Source: a virus
Strand: one strand, 5' to 3'
DNA length: 64,000 bases
IMG/VR virus record: IMGVR_UViG_3300000976_000010
The position numbers and the translations under genes are program-made. Positions 10,205-18,771 of the stretch are shown here, piece after piece (the stretch's first letter is position 1; each line of letters begins with the position of its first letter). The notes beneath the pieces are model-generated. The model was given only the letters and a program-made list of their open reading frames with translations, had not been told where the DNA came from and did not search any database.

Positions 10205-10660
10205 ATGAAAACATTAGAAGACTTGAACGCGCTTGTTGATATAGGCAAAAAGGACAATATTGAGTTAGTCATTCAATTCTGTGAAGAACAGGACTTGTTA
10301 TTTGAAGAAATTGATACTGTGAAGGAGCATGTTCCTATTATTAAGTGACTGTCCCAATTAATTGATGTTCAAGTTTATGTTAGAGATAAGACTCCCGAAC
10401 CACAACTTTTACAAACTCATGCCCCTATGAAATCGAATGCAGTTTTCTTTTTTCAATTCAACATAAAAAACTACAGAAATAATTAAGCTCAATTTATCAG
10501 GATTATATGGTCAATATAATGGAACGTATGACACTTATTTTTAGCGAAAAAAAATTCAAAAACGCCCTGAGTCGCTATTAAAATAATAATATTTGGATGA
10601 CATATACTTAGAATACCACATCCATTAGAATTAACAGAACCAATTAAAAGTGCGTGTTAA
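10205..10660 (+). pseudogene. Truncated LRR-family paralogue (copy 3); the 47-aa N-terminal domain is still an intact ORF (10205-10348)
   Basis: MKTLEDLNALVDIGKKDNIELVIQFCEEQDLLFEEIDTVKEHVPIIK* aligns with the N-terminus of copy 1; remnant HPLELTEP C-cap near 10620. Confidence 0.75.
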
Positions 10661-10712
10661 GATCAGGCCAAAGTATTAATTTTATCTTATTTAATCAGTA
10701 ACAATATACAAA

Positions 10713-10964
10713 ATGCTCAAAAATAAATATATCTATTGCTCTGATTGTGATTCAGACTTAGATGGACGGAATCATATACGAAGTTCAGAAAATAAAATTG
10801 GTTGGCCTATTGACTTTTACAAATGCCATGTTTGCGGAACCACAACCACAGATATTACATTCCCCAAAGATGCTAAACTTGTCAAAATTGAGGAGATTAG
10901 GTGCAATCCCGATAAGTATTTATTAAAAGAAGGTGAATACTTAAGCTTGGAATGTCTTAAATAG
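10713..10964 (+). CDS. Small zinc-finger-like protein
   Basis: CSDC...CHVC pairs in 83 aa. Confidence 0.6.
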   Translation: MLKNKYIYCSDCDSDLDGRNHIRSSENKIGWPIDFYKCHVCGTTTTDITFPKDAKLVKIEEIRCNPDKYLLKEGEYLSLECLK

Positions 10965-10986
10965 TCTTAAACACAACACAAAAAAA

Positions 10987-11649
10987 ATGAGCGAATTAAG
11001 AACAAGTACACGTGTAATAAGACTATTTAGATGTCTCGAAGATATTGAGCGCGGAGTCATCCATGTACCCTCATTTCCTAGAGGAGATGTATGGTCTGAT
11101 TATCAGAAAATTTCCCTGTTTAATAGCATAAAACGCGGCTTTCCGATTGGTATGTTTGTGTTTTGGAACCCCAAGAAAAGTGAAACATCGCACTGTGAAA
11201 TACAACAAATAGGTGGATACCAATTACCAAAACAAGAAGCTCACTCTTATATAATAGATGGCTACCAACGCCTTTCCGTTCTTTTGGGTTGTTTGGTTGA
11301 TCCAAAAACCACACATCTACAGCGAACGGAAGGTTATTATGAGAATGGCTCCGATCTTTGTTATGATTTAGAAAACGATTCGGTAGTTAGTCGGAGTAAT
11401 GATGAAGACTTTTTTTGGAGAATACCACTCCATGAATTGGTTGGAGGAGGTAAATACTTCGACTTTACGGATCGTTTGGGGGTGGAAAAAATTTCTCAGG
11501 AAATGGTAGATATATATACAAAACGTTATAAAAGTTTTAGCAAGAGGTTGTTTGAATGTGAGATACCAATCACTTACATGGAAGGCGGGGACTTACAGGA
11601 GACTGAGGATCTATTTAGTCAATTGAATGGAGCTTTGTCTAATCTTTAA
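10987..11649 (+). CDS. Stand-alone DUF262 (GmrS/ParB-Srx-like) domain protein
   Basis: VPSFPRGDVWS..QKISLFNSIKRGFPIG and YIIDGYQRL match the DUF262 motifs PxFQRxxVW and DGQQR, with substitutions. Confidence 0.8.
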   Translation: MSELRTSTRVIRLFRCLEDIERGVIHVPSFPRGDVWSDYQKISLFNSIKRGFPIGMFVFWNPKKSETSHCEIQQIGGYQLPKQEAHSYIIDGYQRLSVLLGCLVDPKTTHLQRTEGYYENGSDLCYDLENDSVVSRSNDEDFFWRIPLHELVGGGKYFDFTDRLGVEKISQEMVDIYTKRYKSFSKRLFECEIPITYMEGGDLQETEDLFSQLNGALSNL

Positions 11650-11659
11650 AAATGATAGT

Positions 11660-12387
11660 ATGAAAGTTTTGATAGCATGTGAAGAGAGCCAACAGATATG
11701 CAAAGCCTTTCGAGAATTGGGGCTTGAAGCTTATAGTTGCGATATACAAAATTGTAGTGGCGGAAAACCTGAATGGCATATAAAGGCGGATGCGCTAATA
11801 GAAGCATACAGTGAAAAATATGATTTAATGATTGCACATCCACCATGTACATACATGAGTAACGCAGGGGCGCGTTGGATGTATCCAAGTGCAGGTAATG
11901 TTGATGCACAGAGATATGAAAAATCCATAATAGCTAAAGATTTTTTTTGAAACTTATGAACGCACCAATTAAACACATTTGTATAGAGAATCCCATCCCA
12001 CTTAAAATCGTGGGTCTTCCTAAATACAGCCAAGTAGTTCAGCCATACGAATATGGACATCCCTTTAGTAAAAATATACAAGACCTAAATGAATTGGAAG
12101 TTCGTTTTGCCAAAAAGAAAATGCGAGGATTATACTTTTTAAATCCTAGGCTCAATGATATTATTCCTGTAATTGATAGCACTACAAGACATTTCGGTCG
12201 AGAGGAATCCATTTTGCTTATATTAGATTTATTTGAATTGGCATACTACAGAGGTGAAGTTTTGGATGTTGAGCTTGAATTTTTTTTTGAAAAATATTTC
12301 TCTGATAGTGTTCTAAGAACTTTAAGTTGTGGTAAAAAAATATTAAAACATGCACAAGACATGTTAACTGAATTAAACTTTAAATAG
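11660..12387 (+). pseudogene. Phage-type C5 cytosine methyltransferase, frameshifted at a T8 tract and fused to an unrelated helical domain
   Basis: MKVLIACEESQ, AHPPCTY, then a frame change at T8 (11941-11948) to IENPIP..QPYEYGHPFSK, then a switch near 12070 to sequence similar to ORF 13234-13632. Confidence 0.75.
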
Positions 12388-12388
12388 A

Positions 12389-13213
12389 ATGAAAACTAAA
12401 AAAATAGTAAGTGTTTTTGATGGTTTATCTTGCGCCCAAATCGCAATTAATAACTTGGGTTGCAAAGACTATGAATACATAGCATCCGAAGTTGACAAGT
12501 ATTCCATGAAGGTGTGTCTACAAAACTATCCTAACACCAAGCAATTGGGATCAATTGAAGACATAGACTTTACAAAAATTAAAGACACGTATCTATTAGT
12601 TGGAGGGAGTCCATGTCAATCTTTTTCTAGACTAGGAAATGGTGCAGGCTTTGATGGCAAAAGTAAACTGTTTTTTGAATACCTTAGAGCATTAGATGAA
12701 ACAAAACCAAAATATTTTCTTCTAGAAAATGTGTCAATGAAAAGGGAATGGAGAGATGAGATAACAAAACTAGTCGGTGTAGAGCCAATATCTTTGAATT
12801 CGGCTAAACTTTCTGCCCAAAACAGACCTAGATTATATTGGACTAATATTCCCAATATACTAGAGCCTATTGATTTGGGACTAAAAATAATTGATGTAGT
12901 CAATCCAATATTCTCTGACAAGTATCCAAAATTTTTGGATGGAAAATTTGGCAATAAAATTAGAAAGGATTATATAAAGCTACCAAATCAAAAGGCTTCT
13001 TGCTTGACAGCTTCAATGTATAACGGCCAAACACCTAGTTTTTGCAAGAATGAGAAGGGCGAAATTTACAAATATACTGCCGAGGACTTGGAGGCACTAC
13101 AGACAATACCTAAAGGGTATACCAATCACGTTAGTAAAACTCAGCGAATGAAAATGATTGGAAATGGAATGACCGTTCGCGTAATAGAGCATTTATTATC
13201 CAATATATTTTAA
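12389..13213 (+). CDS. DNA (cytosine-5)-methyltransferase
   Basis: SVFDGL (I), GGSPCQSFS (IV), LLENV (VI), QNRPRLYW (VIII), KMIGNG (X). Confidence 0.92.
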   Translation: MKTKKIVSVFDGLSCAQIAINNLGCKDYEYIASEVDKYSMKVCLQNYPNTKQLGSIEDIDFTKIKDTYLLVGGSPCQSFSRLGNGAGFDGKSKLFFEYLRALDETKPKYFLLENVSMKREWRDEITKLVGVEPISLNSAKLSAQNRPRLYWTNIPNILEPIDLGLKIIDVVNPIFSDKYPKFLDGKFGNKIRKDYIKLPNQKASCLTASMYNGQTPSFCKNEKGEIYKYTAEDLEALQTIPKGYTNHVSKTQRMKMIGNGMTVRVIEHLLSNIF

Positions 13214-13233
13214 TCCAACCCCAAATAGAACAG

Positions 13234-13632
13234 ATGAATCATTATGCCTTTGGCAAGCACACGCCACTAAACGAAGAGATTAAAAGTAATTTCACGCTAT
13301 ATTTAAACGAAGTTCCCATACCTAAATTAGAAAAACATGACATTCGATATGCCAAGTGTATAGGGGAAGAACACTTTATTGATATAATGCCTACTAATGA
13401 CATTATGCTCAATTTTGAAAGTAATTTGGCAATAGTGGGTATGATGAGAATATACATAGAACTTAAAATTTTATTTGCTAGAGCTTTTTATCGCGGTCAG
13501 GTTGGTATTAGTAAAATAGACGAGCTGTACGATTTGTATCTATCAAACCATGCTATAGATAAAATTTTCATGGAAGGTAATATCTTAAATCATGCCCATA
13601 TACTTTTACATGAATTGGGCTATTATGGATAG
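13234..13632 (+). CDS. Hypothetical protein, paralogue of the domain fused at 12070-12387
   Basis: LFARAFYRGQV..ILNHAHILLHELGY versus LFELAYYRGEV..ILKHAQDMLTELNF. Confidence 0.65.
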   Translation: MNHYAFGKHTPLNEEIKSNFTLYLNEVPIPKLEKHDIRYAKCIGEEHFIDIMPTNDIMLNFESNLAIVGMMRIYIELKILFARAFYRGQVGISKIDELYDLYLSNHAIDKIFMEGNILNHAHILLHELGYYG

Positions 13633-13835
13633 TATTTTTGTTTAACATGTAGTACTTAATATTAATTAACCTAAAATTAATATGAAAAGAATCAGAACGA
13701 TATGTTATTGCTGAAAGTCAATGTGTTAATAACTTACTTTAAAATAGTGCTCTTAAGGGGCTTGCAAAATAACATTGACATCTTTTTATCGTTATTGAAC
13801 AGCAATATAAAATTACTAATAATATAAACATTAAA

Positions 13836-14792
13836 ATGAAGGTAGAGCCTATATTAAAAGAAAACGAGAGTAGATTTGTAATGTTCCCTATTGAACATTC
13901 TGATATTTGGGAATTTAGAAATAATGCCATTGCTTCCTTTTGGACTGTTGATGAGTTAGATTTGGTTGACGACATAGAGGATTGGAATAATAAACTCAAT
14001 GACAATGAAAGACATTTCATTAAGCATGTTTTGGCTTTTTTTGCAGCATCCGATGGTATCGTGAACGAGAATCTATGTATCAATTTCTATAGTGATGTCC
14101 AAATCGCGGAAGCGCGTTCATTCTATGCAGCTCAGATTCAAATTGAAGATATACATGCAGAAACTTACAGTCTACTGATTGATACCTATATATCCGATTC
14201 TAAGGAAAAGGTAGATTTGTTTAATGCTATTACAACTCTTCCATGCGTTTCAAAAAAAGCTACTTGGGCATTGGATTGGATAGAAAACTCACCTTCATTT
14301 GCACACAGGCTAATTGCATTTGCTGTTGTGGAAGGCATTTTCTTTTCGGGTTCTTTTTGTGCTGTTTTTTGGCTAAAGCAAAGAGGGTTGATGAACGGTT
14401 TAACCTTCTCCAATGAGTTAATAAGCAGAGACGAGGGGTTACATTGTGATTTTGCTTGTCTTTTGTATAGCAAGCTAGTCAATAAATTAAGCCCAACAGA
14501 AATTCAAAGGATAGTGAGTGAGGCTGTTGAGATTGAGAAGGAATTTGTCACCAACGCGCTCCCCGTTTCATTGATTGGGATGAACTCCGAAACGATGTGC
14601 GAATATATAGAATTTGTATCAGACAGACTATTAGTTGATTTGGGTGTACCTAAATTATTTAATGCGGAAAATCCATTCCCTTTCATGGAATCCATAGCAC
14701 TTAACGGAAAAACAAACTTCTTTGAAAGGGAGGTGTCGGAATATCAATTGGGTATAGATACGGAAATTGATGAGTCATCATTTGGTAATTAA
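13836..14792 (+). CDS. nrdB: Ribonucleotide reductase class Ia beta subunit
   Basis: [45 protein letters not shown]. Confidence 0.97.
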   Translation: MKVEPILKENESRFVMFPIEHSDIWEFRNNAIASFWTVDELDLVDDIEDWNNKLNDNERHFIKHVLAFFAASDGIVNENLCINFYSDVQIAEARSFYAAQIQIEDIHAETYSLLIDTYISDSKEKVDLFNAITTLPCVSKKATWALDWIENSPSFAHRLIAFAVVEGIFFSGSFCAVFWLKQRGLMNGLTFSNELISRDEGLHCDFACLLYSKLVNKLSPTEIQRIVSEAVEIEKEFVTNALPVSLIGMNSETMCEYIEFVSDRLLVDLGVPKLFNAENPFPFMESIALNGKTNFFEREVSEYQLGIDTEIDESSFGN

Positions 14793-14835
14793 TGAGTCAT
14801 CATTTGACAATTAATGTGTATCCATTTGGTAATTA
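14770..14835 (+). repeat. Three degenerate 22-bp tandem repeats spanning the nrdB stop codon
   Basis: atgagtcatcatttggtaatta / atgagtcatcatttgacaatta / atgtgtatccatttggtaatta. Confidence 0.85.
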
Positions 14836-14859
14836 ATAATTTATTACCATTGTAATAAT

Positions 14860-14898
14860 AATAGTCGCTGTTGATTCAGCGACTATTTATTTCTTTTA
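14860..14898 (+). terminator. Intrinsic terminator after nrdB
   Basis: aatagtcgctg-ttgatt-cagcgactatt followed by a T-rich tail. Confidence 0.75.
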
Positions 14899-14915
14899 AT
14901 AAAACATAAGCAATC

Positions 14916-15428
14916 ATGCACCATTTTTTTTCAACAGTAGTATTTATAATGATTGCTTTGGCATCACTATACCTCTCATTAGCTCTTAACAATATACAAA
15001 ATTATAGATCAAACAAGGCTTCAATGAATGAAGCAAAACAGATTAAAGTGAATAATCTGCTTGCTTTTTACATACTCGCTCTTGTTTTTATCTTGAATAT
15101 GAGTGTACGAGTCGGGCAGTGGATTTACCCCAATGAAATTGGAGGGTTTCATCTCCATGGTGTTTTTATATCTGCTGCTTTATGTGTAGGAGCTTCAATT
15201 TTATCCTCTAAAAATATTTCACACTTCTGTGCCACCTTCCTTTTTATTGTCCCTTCCTTTTTCATGCTAAAATCTAGCCTTTATGTTGTTTTGTTAGCAC
15301 CATTTTTTCTATCACTTGGTTCAATATTGGCTCATGTACTTTTTGCTAGACTGACTTTATTCAAAATAATACAGAATTCAATAACTAATAGAGTGAATAG
15401 AGATATATCAAAATATATTGAATCATAG
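14916..15428 (+). CDS. Multi-pass membrane protein
   Basis: 170 aa with about five hydrophobic segments. Confidence 0.7.
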   Translation: MHHFFSTVVFIMIALASLYLSLALNNIQNYRSNKASMNEAKQIKVNNLLAFYILALVFILNMSVRVGQWIYPNEIGGFHLHGVFISAALCVGASILSSKNISHFCATFLFIVPSFFMLKSSLYVVLLAPFFLSLGSILAHVLFARLTLFKIIQNSITNRVNRDISKYIES

Positions 15429-15460
15429 AATAATATTCTTGATAAAAATATAACACAAAT

Positions 15461-18400
15461 TTATAATATTTGAACGCTATCATTTGAACTAGACACTATA
15501 GGAGTACTATTAAGTGATGATCTACCTGATTGTAGGGTGGGCTTAAAATCGGCAAACACTTCCAAATCAAACTGAATTTTACTTCCTGCAAAAATATCAA
15601 ATCCTATTTTTTTTGTGTACCTTAGCGTGGATGCGGCCAAGTTTTTTGAACCATCTCCGTTCAGTCTGCCCAACGCATCGGTCATTCTATACTGAAAAAT
15701 TATAGGTATTTTTTTTGACTTTCCTCCTTCAATAAGAAATGGAGATGAAGCATCGGCCGTTTCAACTTGTATACTAGACTGATTTTGTGGTCTAACAAAA
15801 AGCATAGAGCCACATGATTCTGCACCCACTAAATATTTATCGTCTATTTGGTATTGTGGGACTTGGTATTGTGGAATGGGGCTACTGAGTGAATCATAAT
15901 CTCTTTGCGCTTTACCGTCTCTTAAAATTTTTGTATAATTTGAAACCCTACTAAACTCTGCACTCAGCAGAGATAGATTTCCACTTGTCGGATTATTCTG
16001 ATACTGTAAATATAAAGGGTGGCTTTTTAACATAGAAACATACCCCGTTGAGTTAGCACCATCAAGAAGCTTTACCAAGGTGGCCGATGACCCATCCCAA
16101 GATACTACATTTTTTAATGTACTTACTACACCCGAATCAACATCAGAAGGCGTGACTTCATTCGATGATGAAGTCACGTCAGACACATAAAAACTTTCAG
16201 CACCGCTGAGTGAACCCTCCCTCAAGTAAATAATTTGTCCATTTTTCTGATTAGATAATGGATTATTAAACGTTTGAAATGGTGCATTAGTGTAATTGCT
16301 ATCTGTGGTTCTTGCTGTTATATCACCTGCTGAAAGTGTTAAAATATCCCCCGAAGAACTGCTATTATTAGTTATTACTAAATAAAAGGTCTCTTCCAAA
16401 TAATCACCATAATTTGAACTATCATTAACATCTACAGACTCGCTGTAATATCCCGCAAATAGCTCTATACTACTACGATCCGTTATTGGATATACCTTTC
16501 CCCTAGAATCTTCAATATAAATAGACCATGAAACGGTTTGTCTTAGAACCGTTTCTTCTAAAGAGGCTACCTTGTCTGACAGCTCTTTTAAGAAAACGAA
16601 TAGATTCTGAACAACTCCATCTCGTTTAAATCCCGAATCAATTGTAAATGCTTTGGTTGTAAAATATTGATCGCTTGCTTCATAGCTCTCCGCTGTTAGT
16701 AAATTATACCCCCTAGAATCCAAGAATTCATCTAACTTCACCACTTGCTCATCTTCTGCATTTTGAGAAACAATGGAACCTATTGTCTCCTCCTGAGCCA
16801 AAGAAGTTGGAAACTCAATCCTCATTTCGTCAGACCATTCAGATTTGGCAGGGTTTGAGGGGTATCCTGCTTCACTAACTGCTCTCACTTGTATAATTAC
16901 TGCCTCGCCATATACTATTGGAATATCAATTTGATTGATATTATTTTTTTGTGCATCCGCAATATTGTTTTGCTCCCATTCGTATTTATCAGTATCAGAA
17001 TTATACTCTTTTTCTAGTGTTATTGGGGCGACATCAATCCAAGGCGATTTCGTTCCGTCAATTCCGCCTATTTTACTGAGTGTTTGTGATATTGAAGCAC
17101 TTGAATTAGATGGAACATACTTATGCCTAACATCATAGGATACTATTCGCTGAACACCCCCATCACTCGAAACAGGCTCCACAATCTCAAAAAACCCCCT
17201 CACTTTATATTTTGGTGATACATTGTTTGCAGAAGTAGTTGAACTTACAGTACTTATTTCTTTTATTGTTGTTCTCAATTGAGCAGAGATTAAATTTTTA
17301 CTATTGACTTTAGCCTTTAGCGTTATCTCATCCTGTTTTTGCTGTGTAGAACTCCTGTAAACTGTTCTAGAAATTCTATTTCTTATTTCAAAAATTTCAT
17401 TTGAAAGTGAAGTTATTTTTGAACTTAAATTATTTTTTTCTTCCGATAGCCTTTTTATCTTTTCAAAATCGCCTGTTCGTGAAAGGTGAGAATTTATTTG
17501 AACTACATCAAAATTGGTTGGGTCTAATTCAGGCTTATCTATATCTAGTGCAACAGAACGCGAAACAGCCTGATCTGATACCTGACTCAATAGCCAATTT
17601 CCCACTGCCAATACATTCGTATTATAGTACTCATCAAAGGGTACTGCTATTCCACCACTTTCCACCGAGTAATCAGCACTAGAAACGGCCACCATGCTGC
17701 TCCACTCCCCTGCTATTCCTGTGTCGGTTGATATAGGGGCAAAAAATACAAAGGAACGCTCTCCACCTTCTATTGAAATTGAAACTTCTTTTTTAATATC
17801 ATTTTGATCGTGAAAAAGTAGCGTCTCTATTCCTGTGGATATTGCTCTATACCCCCCCCTTTTTCTAAGGGTTATAGAAATTTTATTAATTAAAGCAATT
17901 TCAACGATTTCCCAAATAGAATCTCCGTCAGATGTAACCAAAAAATCACCAATAGTGATTTCTTTACTATTTAAAACCGCGCTTTCCGAATCGGTATACG
18001 TATTTTTGTCAATGGTGCATATCAGGTCTCCATTTTCCTTTAAATTCATTTCAAAGACAGAGAACGAACCATAGTATCGCACCTTTTTTGCATCCAATGT
18101 TACCACATCATCAAAAATTTTATATGTTGCATTTTGGTCATTCAAAGACTGCAATACAACCCCTCTTGTGCTATTGGCTGCTAGAGTACCGCGTAAAGTT
18201 TCAAATTTATCAGATTTATCACTTGCCGTTAAAACGTATTTAAGCACACGTGCCGCTTGTATGTGTGCATACTTTGATGGCAGTGCTATTTGAACTCTGC
18301 ACAAAGGATCAGCAAGTGCTTCAAAAATGGGATTTGATTTAATAGAAAGGGTGGAACTTACAATGAATTCAGAACTCAATATAGAACGAAAGGAACGCTC

Positions 18401-18697
18401 AAAGGAAGATATAAAAAGGGTTCTTGTTGATGGATCGGCTATGGATGTAGCCAAGGTCTGCCCACTATCTGTCAGCGAAGTGAGTTCGTCAATTGTGTTT
18501 TGAAGAGACTTTAACTTTCTGTCAATATTTATATTAGATGGTATATTATATACAGTATTTGACCCATCTTCATTTAAAAAGTTGATTTCTGCGAAAGCTG
18601 CATCAGAAAAGTTCGCGTCATTAAATGCGCTAAGTATCGCTAGAGCATTCCCTTGTAATATCTCTAGCCTTTTAATCTGATCGTTGAGTGTACTCAT
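15461..18697 (-). CDS. Large probable virion protein with a central coiled coil
   Basis: About 1078 aa, S/T/D-rich, coiled-coil segment LSEEKNNLSSKITSLSNEI; GTACATA motif upstream; start moved to ATG 18697. Confidence 0.55.
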   Translation of the reverse strand: MSTLNDQIKRLEILQGNALAILSAFNDANFSDAAFAEINFLNEDGSNTVYNIPSNINIDRKLKSLQNTIDELTSLTDSGQTLATSIADPSTRTLFISSFERSFRSILSSEFIVSSTLSIKSNPIFEALADPLCRVQIALPSKYAHIQAARVLKYVLTASDKSDKFETLRGTLAANSTRGVVLQSLNDQNATYKIFDDVVTLDAKKVRYYGSFSVFEMNLKENGDLICTIDKNTYTDSESAVLNSKEITIGDFLVTSDGDSIWEIVEIALINKISITLRKRGGYRAISTGIETLLFHDQNDIKKEVSISIEGGERSFVFFAPISTDTGIAGEWSSMVAVSSADYSVESGGIAVPFDEYYNTNVLAVGNWLLSQVSDQAVSRSVALDIDKPELDPTNFDVVQINSHLSRTGDFEKIKRLSEEKNNLSSKITSLSNEIFEIRNRISRTVYRSSTQQKQDEITLKAKVNSKNLISAQLRTTIKEISTVSSTTSANNVSPKYKVRGFFEIVEPVSSDGGVQRIVSYDVRHKYVPSNSSASISQTLSKIGGIDGTKSPWIDVAPITLEKEYNSDTDKYEWEQNNIADAQKNNINQIDIPIVYGEAVIIQVRAVSEAGYPSNPAKSEWSDEMRIEFPTSLAQEETIGSIVSQNAEDEQVVKLDEFLDSRGYNLLTAESYEASDQYFTTKAFTIDSGFKRDGVVQNLFVFLKELSDKVASLEETVLRQTVSWSIYIEDSRGKVYPITDRSSIELFAGYYSESVDVNDSSNYGDYLEETFYLVITNNSSSSGDILTLSAGDITARTTDSNYTNAPFQTFNNPLSNQKNGQIIYLREGSLSGAESFYVSDVTSSSNEVTPSDVDSGVVSTLKNVVSWDGSSATLVKLLDGANSTGYVSMLKSHPLYLQYQNNPTSGNLSLLSAEFSRVSNYTKILRDGKAQRDYDSLSSPIPQYQVPQYQIDDKYLVGAESCGSMLFVRPQNQSSIQVETADASSPFLIEGGKSKKIPIIFQYRMTDALGRLNGDGSKNLAASTLRYTKKIGFDIFAGSKIQFDLEVFADFKPTLQSGRSSLNSTPIVSSSNDSVQIL

Positions 18698-18713
18698 TGT
18701 TCCTATTTTATGG

Positions 18714-18747
18714 TATGTACATAATTGTTGATATACCAATGTACATA
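18714..18747. promoter_or_regulatory. Divergent late-promoter region: palindromic TATGTACATA plus a second GTACATA
   Basis: TATGTACATA at 18714-18723 and GTACATA at 18741-18747, between divergent ATGs 18697 (-) and 18772 (+). Confidence 0.55.
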
Positions 18748-18771
18748 ACACAAATAAATACAAATTGTGTT

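Noticed and set aside
14770-14835. 22-bp tandem repeat as a mini-CRISPR or iteron origin
   Set aside because: No spacers, it derives from the nrdB 3' end, and the units decay progressively
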